Source: an uncultured Nitrososphaerales archaeon
Lineage (GTDB): Archaea; Thermoproteota; Nitrososphaeria; Nitrososphaerales; Gagatemarchaeaceae
Direction: 5' to 3'
Assembly (NCBI GenBank): GCA_963706445.1
Contig: OY970160.1
Span: forward strand, 1,728,001 to 1,792,000
DNA length: 64,000 nt
Below are positions 8,433 to 18,361 of the stretch, piece by piece (the stretch's first letter is position 1; the number at the start of each line of letters is the position of its first letter). Under the pieces are notes generated by a model. That model worked only from the letters and a program-made list of their open reading frames with translations. It did not search any database and was not told where the DNA came from. Made by a program: the position numbers and the translations under genes.

Positions 8433-9464
8433 ATGGCAATCATAATAGATGAGAAGCGAGTCTTCGAGATAATCGAGGCCAAGAGGCCCAAGGTGGTCCT
8501 GGTGAACGCACCCGGAGGGCTCCTCATGCAGACGAAGGGGCTGATGGAGCTGGTGAAGGAGAAGTACGGTGTTACGAGCATCCTCTCGGGGGACAGCTGC
8601 TACGGGATATGCGATACTGTCGACGAAAACGTCGAGACCCTCCAGGCAGACCTCGCCTTCCACATCGGACACAACGCGGCCGTGACCGAAGTCGGGGATT
8701 ACACTTACCTTGTGGACGCAGTCGACGACGTGGAATTCGGAGAGGTTGTGGAGAAAGCGGCGAAGGTCATGGCCCCCTACAAGCGGGTGGGGCTTGCGAC
8801 CTTCAGCCAACACCTTCATCAGCTCAAGCCAGTCAAGGAGAGGCTCGAATCCAAGGGGTTCCAAGTGGTCGTAGGGAAAGGGAACAACCTGATGTTGGAA
8901 GGGCAGGTCTTCGGTTGCGACTTCTCGACCTCCTTCCCCATCCGGGACCAAGTCGACGCCTTCGTGGTCCTCGGGGAAAGCGAGTTCCACGCCGTGGGCC
9001 TCGCCCTAGCCACCGGCAAGCCGACCTACATGCTGGACCCCTACATGGACGAAGTTACAGACATGCAAAAGGCCGCAGATGAGCGGAGGAAGCGGGCGAT
9101 CCTTTCTGTGTACAAGGCCCGGGATGCCAGGGTCTTCGGGGTGGTCACCGGACTCAAGGAGGGCCAGAAGATGCTCGGGAGGAGCAGGTGGATTTCGAAG
9201 CGCTTGGAGATGAACGGGAGGAAGGTCATACAGCTGGCCATGCGGGATGTGACGGCGGAGCGTCTGGCGCCCCACAGGGAGATCGAAGCGTTCATCCAGA
9301 CGGCTTGCCCGCGGATTTCCATCGACGGGTTCACCTTCGATAGGCCGGTGCTGTCGATACCCCAGGCGGACGCATTAGTCGCGCTTATTGAGGGGAGGGA
9401 ACCGGGGGAGTTCCTCGAAAGGTCGAAGTGGATAGAATTGACAGTGGGGTTGATCAAGAAATGA
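8433..9464 (+). CDS. dph2: Diphthamide biosynthesis enzyme Dph2
   Basis: Fe-S Cys motifs CYGICD, GQVFGCD, TACPRI. Confidence 0.93.
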   Translation: MAIIIDEKRVFEIIEAKRPKVVLVNAPGGLLMQTKGLMELVKEKYGVTSILSGDSCYGICDTVDENVETLQADLAFHIGHNAAVTEVGDYTYLVDAVDDVEFGEVVEKAAKVMAPYKRVGLATFSQHLHQLKPVKERLESKGFQVVVGKGNNLMLEGQVFGCDFSTSFPIRDQVDAFVVLGESEFHAVGLALATGKPTYMLDPYMDEVTDMQKAADERRKRAILSVYKARDARVFGVVTGLKEGQKMLGRSRWISKRLEMNGRKVIQLAMRDVTAERLAPHREIEAFIQTACPRISIDGFTFDRPVLSIPQADALVALIEGREPGEFLERSKWIELTVGLIKK

Positions 9465-10039
9465 AGGAGAAAGCGAAGGCGTCTGCGGTCCTTCCAGGGG
9501 ACAAGTTAGCCGTCTCGGAGGAGTTCCTCCCAGGGCAGCACACCTATGACGACTCGGGGCTAATCAGGGCCCTTGCGGTGGGTTCCATCGTGAAGGACTC
9601 CAAGAGCATGGAGATATCGGTCAAGCCCGCGGTTGAGCCGGATCTGATAAAGATTGACGACTGGATTACGGGACAGGTGGAAGCGACGCAGGCAAATTCA
9701 GCCAACGTCCACATCTACTTCCTGAACGGGAAGCCGACCTACAAGGACTTCTCAGGGATGCTCTCTCTCAGGGGGCTTTCGGGCGGAGGGAGAGGAATGC
9801 GCAGGACGACCCCTGTGAAATCTGGGGATGTGGTGAGGTGCAGGGTCTTCAGTCTCGTCAACGGACTCATCCACCTTAGCATTGACGAGCCGGACATGGG
9901 GGTGGTTGCTGCCCTGTGCGGCAACTGCGGGAGGCCCCTACTCAAGGGGAACGCTACTCGGGTCAAGTGCGACGAATGCGGGAACGTGGAGGAAAGGAAG
10001 CTGGCCAGAGACTTCGGGACCAGCCCCATACTGCCCTAG
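9461..10039 (+). CDS. csl4: Exosome RNA-binding protein Csl4
   Basis: VLPGDKLAVSEEF N-terminus, S1 domain, C-terminal Zn ribbon (CGNCG...CDECGNVEERK); ATGA overlap with dph2. Confidence 0.92.
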   Translation: MKEKAKASAVLPGDKLAVSEEFLPGQHTYDDSGLIRALAVGSIVKDSKSMEISVKPAVEPDLIKIDDWITGQVEATQANSANVHIYFLNGKPTYKDFSGMLSLRGLSGGGRGMRRTTPVKSGDVVRCRVFSLVNGLIHLSIDEPDMGVVAALCGNCGRPLLKGNATRVKCDECGNVEERKLARDFGTSPILP

Positions 10040-10118
10040 GCGGGACGATGAAACCTCTGAAATGAAAGGAATCTTCCTATCAGCTTAATAACGAGAAACC
10101 GAGGGGCGCTCAGTCTAA

Positions 10119-10406
10119 TTGCAAGTCCAGACTACCAGTGAAGATGAGAAGGGGCTCACGGTCGAGATAACTGGAGAGGATTACTCCCTGGCCGAGATCG
10201 TCCACCATGAGCTGCTAGAGGAGAAGAGCGTGACCTTCGCAGGCGTCCTACCCCCTCACCCGCTCATCAAGAAGCTGGTGCTAAAGGTCAGGGCTCAGCG
10301 CATAAAGCCCGAGAAGGCGTTTTCAAACAGCGTAGAGAGAGCGATGGAGACCACCCAGGAGCTGTTCACCGGAGTCAAAAAGGCCCTAGGCGGTGGCTCT
10401 TCCTGA
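10119..10406 (+). CDS. rpoL: DNA-directed RNA polymerase subunit L (Rpo11)
   Basis: GEDYSLAEIV...FAGVLPPHPL; conserved csl4-rpoL-tfs order. Confidence 0.85.
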   Translation: MQVQTTSEDEKGLTVEITGEDYSLAEIVHHELLEEKSVTFAGVLPPHPLIKKLVLKVRAQRIKPEKAFSNSVERAMETTQELFTGVKKALGGGSS

Positions 10407-10408
10407 CC

Positions 10409-10759
10409 CTGAAGTTCTGCCCCAAGTGTGGAACCAGGCTCAAGCTGAAAGAAGACAAAAGCGCCCGCGGAGTAAGGACGCTGATATTCCTCTGTGAGAA
10501 CTGCGGCTGGAAGGACCCCAAAGCGGGTAACACTGTGACCCAACCCACTGAGGAGGAGGTGTCGACCACCCCACAAATCAAGGTGGTGGGGGACAAGGAA
10601 GCGAAGCTGAATTCGCTCCCGACTACGAAGATTGACTGCCCGAAGTGCGGCCACAACGAGGCCTCCTGGTGGTTCCTCCAGACGAGGAGTGGAGATGAGC
10701 CGCCGACCCAGTTCTACAGGTGTATGAAGTGCAACCACACATGGCGCAGCTATAGCTAG
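10409..10759 (+). CDS. tfs: Transcription factor S (TFS)
   Basis: In-frame N-terminal Zn ribbon (L)KFCPKCG...CENCG starting at CTG 10409; C-terminal CPKCGH...QTRSGDEPPTQFYRCMKC with acidic DE hairpin. Confidence 0.92.
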   Translation: MKFCPKCGTRLKLKEDKSARGVRTLIFLCENCGWKDPKAGNTVTQPTEEEVSTTPQIKVVGDKEAKLNSLPTTKIDCPKCGHNEASWWFLQTRSGDEPPTQFYRCMKCNHTWRSYS

Positions 10760-11313
10760 ACATCGTCCCTAGTATAGACTTCGGCCGCGTCCCCGCCGGC
10801 TATCAGTATGTCCGCGCTCGCAGCAGGGATTGATGCCACGTCATCGGCTTCGTACGGCCCATAGCGCCTCATGTCCACACCGACCAGCTCGTTGATGTGT
10901 TTGAGGAACTTTACAGTGACATTCCTCTGAGACTCGGTGCGATGGGCGAATTCGACGAACGATGGCTGCCCGGAGGACACCGCTTCGACCATTGTATGGA
11001 AACGCTTCTCGAACTTCTGTTCGGCCGAGCAGACGTATCGCTCCTCGGGAAGCAGCTGAAGGAGGGCATTCTGCTGCATCGCCTTCTTCGCCCGCAGCTT
11101 GAGCAGCTGGGCCACCATCGATTCGATCATCTTTGACTGGACGGCGATGAGGCGAACTGATACCTCAGAGGTGCCGGAGGTCGCTGACCTCTTCAGCTTC
11201 TGGCTGTAGGTCGAGATGCTCGAGTAGAAGTCGTTGGGGAGCGGGAGCAGCGAGGCAGCCTGGGACTCGGAATCGAGCCTCCTTCGCAGGTATTCAAGGG
11301 TGGTTTCAGCCAT
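10756..11313 (-). CDS. gins15: DNA replication GINS protein (Gins15/Gins51 type)
   Basis: LLPLPNDFYS; LLPEER; C-terminal B domain VGVDMRRYGPYEADDVASIP; adjacent to priS. Confidence 0.85.
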   Translation of the reverse strand: MAETTLEYLRRRLDSESQAASLLPLPNDFYSSISTYSQKLKRSATSGTSEVSVRLIAVQSKMIESMVAQLLKLRAKKAMQQNALLQLLPEERYVCSAEQKFEKRFHTMVEAVSSGQPSFVEFAHRTESQRNVTVKFLKHINELVGVDMRRYGPYEADDVASIPAASADILIAGGDAAEVYTRDDV

Positions 11314-12402
11314 TTACACAACCTCCCCGAGGCCCCGCGTCAAGATCGGCACCGCCGCATAGGTAGGGAGTTCAGTCGTTGTGGGCTTTTGGAACGGCCC
11401 GAAGTCCTTGTGCTTCATCCTGAACTTGGGATAGAACTCCACCTTGACCTTCACAGGTTTCACGCTGAGCACGACGGGGCCCTCCTGCGGATCGAACTCA
11501 TCCATCGACCGGATTCTTGTCTTTGCCATTCCTGAGTCCCCATGAAGCGTCCCGGCGAGCCTGAACACCCGGTGGATATCGGTGGTCACGGATGAGTCCA
11601 CCATGGCCCTCTGCGATGAAATCGCCTCCGAGACGAGTTTCTGCAGGGTCCCTCCGTAGTCCTGCCTCCTCTCGTCGACGTAGCCTGTGATCCTCTTCGT
11701 CCATCCCGCACCTTGGGGGCCACTGGGGGGCCTCCTTCTGAGGGACGAGGCCAACGTCTGGTTCAGTGGTAGTGATGAGCCTCGCATGTACTCGGCGATT
11801 TCCCCGCGGGCCTGCTGGTCCAGTGGGTCGAATCTTCTGTCGAAGACGTGGATGTGGTAACCGCGGTTGCCTGAGAAGTAGAGCCTTATCGTCTCGCGTT
11901 CGACCCCGAAGTCGTTCACCAGGAACCCCACCACCCTTGTGGCGTGCTCCTTCGCCGCGTCGAGACATATGTCGCATGTCCCATGATATTCCACCGTCGG
12001 ACCTCCGCACTTCGTGCACTGATGGGGCCGGGGGAGCTTCGCGGACGCGTGGCACTTCTCGCAGTACCATAGGTCGTGTCCCTTCTTGCATGTGGTGGGG
12101 ATGTCTGTCGCGTCGATGTCGAAGATGAGCTCGGCGCCGAGCCAGCCTTTCTCCTCGATTGGTCGGGCTGGGGATTCGTACCTTGCGTTCGAGCAGTAGA
12201 CAGACGAAGGGGATTGCTTGAGGATCTCCGCCTGCGCTTCGCCTTTGGTCTTGAAGGAGAGGTGCCTGACCATCCCTCCGCCGAAGGGGATGTAGCCGAA
12301 CTCCCTCGACGCGATGTCGTCGGGGAACTCGATTTTTTCAGAGCCTCGAAAATAATATTCCTTGTAGGCTGATTTCAGCCAGGCTTTCGTCCCGTCGTTC
12401 AA
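11314..12402 (-). CDS. priS: DNA primase small (catalytic) subunit
   Basis: REFG, ELIFDIDA, FSGNRGYHIH, VTTDIHRVFRL. Confidence 0.95.
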   Translation of the reverse strand: MNDGTKAWLKSAYKEYYFRGSEKIEFPDDIASREFGYIPFGGGMVRHLSFKTKGEAQAEILKQSPSSVYCSNARYESPARPIEEKGWLGAELIFDIDATDIPTTCKKGHDLWYCEKCHASAKLPRPHQCTKCGGPTVEYHGTCDICLDAAKEHATRVVGFLVNDFGVERETIRLYFSGNRGYHIHVFDRRFDPLDQQARGEIAEYMRGSSLPLNQTLASSLRRRPPSGPQGAGWTKRITGYVDERRQDYGGTLQKLVSEAISSQRAMVDSSVTTDIHRVFRLAGTLHGDSGMAKTRIRSMDEFDPQEGPVVLSVKPVKVKVEFYPKFRMKHKDFGPFQKPTTTELPTYAAVPILTRGLGEVV

Positions 12403-12450
12403 CTTCGGCCGGTTCCCAGGCAGCGTGCAGATAAGTCATCCGCAGGGACC

Positions 12451-13059
12451 TTGGTCGTTGAGAGAGACAGACCAGTAGTAGCTGGCTTGAGGGTCCCTCT
12501 GGAAGCCTACCTGAGGATGGACGGAGCCAAGGTCTATTCGCTGGTGGCGGCAGTCCCGTTCTCCCCCATCGACATCGACCTCGACCGTCTGGCCCGAGGC
12601 GAATGGAACGCCCTGACGGATAGGTTCCGCCTCTGGTACCTTCCTAGCGAGGGTGAAGACGACGGCCACCCTGCCTGCTATGTGATGATACGGAAGTTCG
12701 ACGCCCAGGATGGGGTCCTCCTGTATGGGCATGTGGTGGTGAATCTCGAGCAGAAGATGGGGGCAGAGAATCCTATGAGTTTCACAGTCGGAATCATGAG
12801 CAACGATGAGATTCGGGCAAGGTCGATGCTCAACTCGATGCTAGAGATCCCGCCCTCCTTCCACAAGCGGAGTGAGGTCGGGCTCCTCGAGCACAGGTGG
12901 AGGAGCGACCCGGATGCGGTGATGCGGTTCTTGGCGAACATCCATTCGACCATGTCCCAGCAGCCCCCTGGCCCCGGCGGGAAAGTTTACACCCTGAAGT
13001 TCGAGCCGCCGCCGGGCATGATGGGAGAGCTCAAGCGGAACCTTGGTGCGTGGTGGTGA
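12451..13059 (+). CDS. Hypothetical protein
   Basis: 202-aa ORF filling the priS-pcna gap on the opposite strand; typical GC3-rich codons; no recognisable motif. Confidence 0.6.
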   Translation: MVVERDRPVVAGLRVPLEAYLRMDGAKVYSLVAAVPFSPIDIDLDRLARGEWNALTDRFRLWYLPSEGEDDGHPACYVMIRKFDAQDGVLLYGHVVVNLEQKMGAENPMSFTVGIMSNDEIRARSMLNSMLEIPPSFHKRSEVGLLEHRWRSDPDAVMRFLANIHSTMSQQPPGPGGKVYTLKFEPPPGMMGELKRNLGAWW

Positions 13060-13074
13060 AGAAGCGGGATGATT

Positions 13075-13827
13075 TCAGTCAGACACGCGAGGAGCGAGGA
13101 AGTACCACATCTTCGCGCCCTGGTCGTTTAGCTTCAGTTGAAGTCTGAGAGGCTTCTTCGTCGAATACTCGATTTCGACAGTGTCGGCAACTCCCCCGAG
13201 GGCCTTCAGGATCCCAGAAACGTAGTCGATGGAGTAAGTTGCCTTGCTTTCGGCTGCTGACGTGAGCTCCAGCACGTCGGCGTCGTTCTTGGCCAATGAA
13301 ATCTCGGCTTTCCCTACATCGGATTTGCCCGAAAATGTGAGCTTGTCCTTGGTCGCCAGGATGGTGACCTGGTCTGAGACGACCGAAACATCACCGAGGA
13401 CCTTCTCCAGTATCGTCTTCGTCAAGGTCGCCTTCGTGTCAAATTCGAGCTTCGGCAGAGGAGCAGAAGCAGCCGTGCTCTCGATGAGGTGAATGTTGAA
13501 TTCGCGCTTATACCCATTGCTGAACTTCACCGCTATGCTGTCATCCTCTCCCGAGCTAATCTCCACAGAGTCCTTCGTGTCGGCGCGGTTGATGAGCTTC
13601 GTCAGATCCTCCACACGGACACTGAACTTGAACGGCTTGTCGCATTCGTAGGCCACCCAAGCCGAGACCGGCCAGGACAAATCAACGAGGGCGACGTGGG
13701 ACGGATCCATTGCTCGGAATGTGATGCCTTCAGAGTTGGCGTCGAAGGTGGCTTCTTCTACGAGCGTCTTGACCGCGGCGGCGACTGCCCGCCACTCGGT
13801 GGCTGTCGAGGTCTTGGCTATGAACAT
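13075..13827 (-). CDS. pcn: Sliding clamp PCNA
   Basis: FRAMDPSHVALVDL; C-terminal YFLAPRV. Confidence 0.97.
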   Translation of the reverse strand: MFIAKTSTATEWRAVAAAVKTLVEEATFDANSEGITFRAMDPSHVALVDLSWPVSAWVAYECDKPFKFSVRVEDLTKLINRADTKDSVEISSGEDDSIAVKFSNGYKREFNIHLIESTAASAPLPKLEFDTKATLTKTILEKVLGDVSVVSDQVTILATKDKLTFSGKSDVGKAEISLAKNDADVLELTSAAESKATYSIDYVSGILKALGGVADTVEIEYSTKKPLRLQLKLNDQGAKMWYFLAPRVSD

Positions 13828-13995
13828 GGAGATGCAGCTTCGTCGAGGCTCGTTGATTTCGGATAATAAGTATTGACTGGGAATTTGCCGAGCCCCCGAG
13901 GGCGGGATGGAACTGTTACTCCTTTCATGTATGAATTGGGCAGGCCAAGCTTAAATGCCTGAGCGAAACCGGGGCAAATCCCGTTCGGTGAGAAG

Positions 13996-14274
13996 ATGAA
14001 ATTCCCAAAGGAGATCCGCACTAACTGCCCCTGGTGCAATAAGCACACCATCCACTCTGTCGCCCTCTACAAGAAGGGCAAGGAGCGCGCTGGTTCCTGG
14101 GGTGCTAGGAGGCAGGCAGGAAGGAAGCGCGGATACGGCGGTCAGAAGTTCCCTGAACTAATCAGGACTGCAAAAACTACCAAAAAAGCAACTTTGAAAT
14201 TGAAATGCAAGGAGTGCAACCGGGAGATCATGAGGGATGGCATAAGGCTGAGGAAAGCGGAGATAGCGGCATGA
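13996..14274 (+). CDS. rpl44e: 50S ribosomal protein L44e (eL42)
   Basis: CPWCNKHT, GYGGQKFP, AKTTKK..LKLKCKEC. Confidence 0.97.
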   Translation: MKFPKEIRTNCPWCNKHTIHSVALYKKGKERAGSWGARRQAGRKRGYGGQKFPELIRTAKTTKKATLKLKCKECNREIMRDGIRLRKAEIAA

Positions 14275-14468
14275 AGCGCGAGCGCGAGCCGATTCCGAAG
14301 ACAAGGAGCTCGTTCATCCTTGTCAAGTGCCCCGACTGCGGGGAGGAGAGAATCATATTCTCCAACTCTTCGAAGGACATAGGGTGTAGGGGGTGCGGCC
14401 GTACCCTCGCCGAAAGCAGGGGCGGCAAGTCCGTCGTCTTGGCGACGCTGGTCAAGAAGCTGGGCTAA
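14271..14468 (+). CDS. rps27e: 30S ribosomal protein S27e
   Basis: SSFILVKCPDCGEERIIFS...CRGCG..LAESRGGK; ATGA overlap with rpl44e. Confidence 0.95.
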   Translation: MKREREPIPKTRSSFILVKCPDCGEERIIFSNSSKDIGCRGCGRTLAESRGGKSVVLATLVKKLG

Positions 14469-14499
14469 ACGCCAAATACCACGCTCGGGTGACGCAATC

Positions 14500-15303
14500 G
14501 TGATGAGTTCTGAGAACCCGCTCCCGGAATCCGGGGAGGTAGTCGTATGCACGGTCAGGGAGATAACCTCCCACGGCATCTACGTGAACCTCGATCAGTA
14601 CGACGGGACCAACGGCTTCCTGCACGTGTCAGAGATATCCACCGGCTGGGTCAGGAACATCGACAGGGTGGCGAAGGTGTCCCAGAAGCTGATCCTGAAG
14701 GTAATCAGGGTGAACAAGGCGAGGAGGGAGATCGACCTCTCTCTTAGGCAGGTCACCAATGAAGAGCGCAGGGCCAAGGTCATCGAATGGAAGAGGGAGG
14801 AGAGAGCGGTGGCCATCATGGACGCCGTGAAGAAGAAGCTGGGAGCCGACGACGCCCACGTGCGCGAGATAAGGCAAAAGCTGGAGGAGGAGTTCGGGAC
14901 CCTCTACGTGGCGCTTGAAATGGCGGCGAGGAAGGGAGAGAAGGGACTGGCGCCCCTCGGCCTCCCTGAGAAAGAAGCCAAGACCATAGCGGAGATCGCG
15001 GCAGAGAAGATCGTCCCCCCAAGATACGAGGTCGGAGCGCTGGTGGAAGTCTCCTCGAGGTCCCCCGAAGGGATAGAGCAGGTCAAGAAGACCCTGCTAG
15101 CCGCCGCAAACGCTCCATCTGCCGAGGTGCACATCACCTATGCGGGAGCTCCGAGATACAGGGTCCGGATAACAGCGGACGATTACAAGCAGGCCGAGAA
15201 GGCCCTGGATGGGGTCATAGAGAAAATCAAGGATGGGGTCGGCAAGCACGACGCGTTCAGCTTCAAGCGTGAGATATCGAGGAAGTACGGCGGGTCGTCG
15301 TGA
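14500..15303 (+). CDS. eif2a: Translation initiation factor 2 alpha subunit
   Basis: S1 domain LPESGEVVVCTV..HVSEISTGWVRNI; IDLSLRQV; GAPRYRV. Confidence 0.96.
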   Translation: MMSSENPLPESGEVVVCTVREITSHGIYVNLDQYDGTNGFLHVSEISTGWVRNIDRVAKVSQKLILKVIRVNKARREIDLSLRQVTNEERRAKVIEWKREERAVAIMDAVKKKLGADDAHVREIRQKLEEEFGTLYVALEMAARKGEKGLAPLGLPEKEAKTIAEIAAEKIVPPRYEVGALVEVSSRSPEGIEQVKKTLLAAANAPSAEVHITYAGAPRYRVRITADDYKQAEKALDGVIEKIKDGVGKHDAFSFKREISRKYGGSS

Positions 15304-15467
15304 AGGCCCTGATGCTGAAGTGTACCCAGTGCGGGAGGTACACCCTGTCTGAAAAGTGCCCCAGCTGCGGAGGGAGAGCCGTCACAGTCCATCCTGCCAG
15401 GTATTCGCCTGATGACAGGTATGCGAGGTATCGCAGCCCGATGGCTTATGAACCCGAAGTTGGGTAA
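15300..15467 (+). CDS. nop10: H/ACA RNP protein Nop10
   Basis: Manually found 55-aa ORF MKALMLKCTQCGRYTLSEKCPSCGG...HPARYSPDDRYARYR; GTGA overlap with aIF2a. Confidence 0.93.
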   Translation: MKALMLKCTQCGRYTLSEKCPSCGGRAVTVHPARYSPDDRYARYRSPMAYEPEVG

Positions 15468-17878
15468 ACCAGCTGGTACAGCAGTATCGTATTGAAGCAC
15501 TGAAGCTGCGAGTTGCCTGGGCAGGGCGAGTTCCCGTTCTCCGCCGCCGCCAGGCTGGGGGACACATAGGCGAGCCTGAAGGGCCCGGTGCTATTCGTCG
15601 GGAAGTTGTAGCTGCTTGGGTATGTGAACGCCTCAATGGGCGGAGCGCCGTTGCTCCCGAAAGTGTACTGGCTCGCGAATTGTATCGATGCCTGGGAAGT
15701 CGAGGTGGCCTGGTATGAGTACAGGTACCCGGCAAGCTGGAACGGAAGCAACTGGCCGAAGAGGCTGTTCGTCATGGCGTAGGGCGTCAGGTTGAAGTCG
15801 TCGGCACTCTGGCACGCCTGGCCTGCTGAAGTCAGCTCGTTGGGGGTCGTGCCTGGGCACTCCAGGTACTTCGATTCGGTAAGGTTCCCGATGCGAATGA
15901 ACCACTGCTTCTTGCTTTCATCCCCTCCGCCAGCTGTGAAGCCGTTCCCACTCGGCACCTGGAGTATGTAGTATGGTGTGGTGCTTCCGGTGGTCTGGTC
16001 TGTGAGTGGGAACACGCTCCCTGTGATGAATATCGCGACGTATACGGGCCTCCCGTTGCCGATGCTGGCCGCCATGGCGGCCGACTGTGTGACGTTGGAC
16101 ATCAGGAGCTGCCCGACCTGGGCTATTCTCGTGCTGTTCAGGGTCGCGTTGTCGACTATCGTCGTCCTGTTGCCGAGCACGGTGAACCAGTACCCGTAGT
16201 CCCACCATGAGATAATGATCGAATTAGTCGGGGTGTTCGTGCGCACCCATGACAGCGTCTGAATCCAGTCGTTGAAGGCAGAGCGTGAATACACTGTGGC
16301 ACCGTTCACGATGCTGACCCCGGTGTCGGCAGGGCTGTTATTGCAGAACAACTGTCCCGCGTATGTGCACTGAATCGGGTTGGGGATCCAATAGGATCCA
16401 GCTGGCAGAACGACCAGGGCGATGACGGCGATGGAGATGACGACCTTCATTTCGTTGCGTGAGGTAGGAGCCTGCTTCTTCTTTACCAGGGAGGTGCTGC
16501 TGGGCTTCACTATGGCATAGGCGAGCTCAGCAAACCCGATGCCCCCCAGGATCCCCAATGCAATGGAGGAGTAGACGAGCAGACGGGAGAACGCCGCGGA
16601 GAAGTATAGACCAGTTATCCCGAAGACGAGGGCATAGATCATGGGGATCCCCCGCCGCCTGAAGGCGACTAGGGCACCGGCCATGCCGAAGAAGAGCAAT
16701 ATCGCGTAGGACGTGAAGTAGTCGGCCCCGGTGGGGACGGCCTGCTCGGCCACGGACTGGACGAGGGCGTTGCTCACACGGGCCCATGGAGCTATGACGG
16801 TCAGGTACCTGAGTGTCAGGCCGCCGACGAAGCCGAAGCTGAGGAGGGCGAGCCCGGCGAGGGCGAAGCCGAACAGGAACTTGTAGAGCGTGGACCTATA
16901 CTCGGTGGGTTTCGTCCACGTCTTCGCCCACTGCGCCACCAGCAAGAAGATGGTACCGCCGAGGAGGACGAGGCCTACTGGGTTCGTTACTATGGCTACC
17001 CCGGGCCTTGGGAAGACGGCACTCACGAATAGCGTAGATGCGGTGAACAAGATTATCGCCGGAGAGAGGCTGGCGAGATCCAAGTTCAGGAACGGAATCA
17101 ACACGAAAATGAGGCCGAAGGCTGCGCTGAAGTAATCTCCCCCTCCCCATGCGGTGTTGGCGTAGCCAATCAGGACCCCTCCGAGCAAGCCGCGGATCGC
17201 TCGGCTGCGGAACGTCCTCTCCTTGTCGAAGACGGTGAGCACAAGATAGCTTGCGGTGACGAACAGGAGGATCGCGAGAGGCTCGGACTTGAACCACCCC
17301 AGGTTGCCTCTCTCAATCAGCGGCGGAGAGACGGCGAACATCAAAGCGGCGAAGAGCCCCGCCGCGTCCCCTGCTATCTTCCTGACCAGGAAGTAGAAAA
17401 CGACCGCGGTTACTGCGCCTAGGAAGACCGGGAGGATTACGAGCCAGTCATACAAGGTGATCTGCACCCCGAACACGTCGTGGACGAGCAGGTACGTGAA
17501 GGCCCCCGCGATTTGGAGCCCTCCCTGGGATGTGGCGGCCACGTCGCGGCCCACAGGGAACCAGGTGTTGATGTCGTGCCAGTAGAAGTACCCTTGCAGG
17601 TTGTGACAGGCGGTGTACACCGCGGGCCCGCAGTTGGGCGGGTTAGCGAAGAGCGCGGCGTAGAGCCCCTGGGACTGGGCCAGGTTCACTATGTGCTGGG
17701 CGGCGTAGTAGTCGTAGTAGGGGTCGAACTCGTTGAGGTAGAACCCGTACTTGGCCGCGTAGGCCCTCATGAGGACGGCTATAGTGAACACTATGGAGAG
17801 CATCATGGTGGCCATGAGTGCCCTGCGCGATACGGCCGGCCTCCGTATGGAGGACCTTATGGAGTCCAGTAGCCCCAA
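15446..17878 (-). CDS. aglB: Oligosaccharyltransferase AglB (STT3)
   Basis: EFDPYY, SVAEQ, WWDYG motif, many TM helices. Confidence 0.95.
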   Translation of the reverse strand: MGLLDSIRSSIRRPAVSRRALMATMMLSIVFTIAVLMRAYAAKYGFYLNEFDPYYDYYAAQHIVNLAQSQGLYAALFANPPNCGPAVYTACHNLQGYFYWHDINTWFPVGRDVAATSQGGLQIAGAFTYLLVHDVFGVQITLYDWLVILPVFLGAVTAVVFYFLVRKIAGDAAGLFAALMFAVSPPLIERGNLGWFKSEPLAILLFVTASYLVLTVFDKERTFRSRAIRGLLGGVLIGYANTAWGGGDYFSAAFGLIFVLIPFLNLDLASLSPAIILFTASTLFVSAVFPRPGVAIVTNPVGLVLLGGTIFLLVAQWAKTWTKPTEYRSTLYKFLFGFALAGLALLSFGFVGGLTLRYLTVIAPWARVSNALVQSVAEQAVPTGADYFTSYAILLFFGMAGALVAFRRRGIPMIYALVFGITGLYFSAAFSRLLVYSSIALGILGGIGFAELAYAIVKPSSTSLVKKKQAPTSRNEMKVVISIAVIALVVLPAGSYWIPNPIQCTYAGQLFCNNSPADTGVSIVNGATVYSRSAFNDWIQTLSWVRTNTPTNSIIISWWDYGYWFTVLGNRTTIVDNATLNSTRIAQVGQLLMSNVTQSAAMAASIGNGRPVYVAIFITGSVFPLTDQTTGSTTPYYILQVPSGNGFTAGGGDESKKQWFIRIGNLTESKYLECPGTTPNELTSAGQACQSADDFNLTPYAMTNSLFGQLLPFQLAGYLYSYQATSTSQASIQFASQYTFGSNGAPPIEAFTYPSSYNFPTNSTGPFRLAYVSPSLAAAENGNSPCPGNSQLQCFNTILLYQLVYPTSGS

Positions 17879-17924
17879 ATCTAGATGGCGAGTCTCGTCG
17901 GCCTATTTTAAGCGTGCTTTTTCG

Positions 17925-18335
17925 CTACTGTTTCAAGACAGATTCGATGTGGGCCGCGTACGCTTTGGCATCTAGCAGTGATTTCTTCTCTGAGGCGTAA
18001 TCGGTCGGCTTGACCTCCACGAGCCACCCTTCGCCGTAAGGGGACTTGTTGACGAGTTCGGGGTGTGAGTCCAACTGGGCGTTGACCTTGGTTACCGTCC
18101 CCGAAACTGGCGAGTAGATCTCGGATACGGCTTTTATCGATTCGACTGTCCCCATGGATTTCATCTGCTGGACGCTCGCGTTAGTCTTGGGAGACGTGAC
18201 GTAGACGACGTCGTTCAGGGTCTTGGCCGCGTAGTCGGTTATCCCTACCCTGACGGTGCCGCCCTCCTCCTTGGCCCATTCGTGCTCCTTGGTATACAAC
18301 AGGTCCTCTGGAATGTGGTACCCCTGGATTTCCAT
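17925..18335 (-). CDS. gcvH: Glycine cleavage system H protein
   Basis: YTKEHEW, GITDYA, VESIKAVSEIYSPVSG lipoyl-lysine motif. Confidence 0.96.
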   Translation of the reverse strand: MEIQGYHIPEDLLYTKEHEWAKEEGGTVRVGITDYAAKTLNDVVYVTSPKTNASVQQMKSMGTVESIKAVSEIYSPVSGTVTKVNAQLDSHPELVNKSPYGEGWLVEVKPTDYASEKKSLLDAKAYAAHIESVLKQ

Positions 18336-18361
18336 TGGCGCGTCGCCCCCCTACGGACTAA

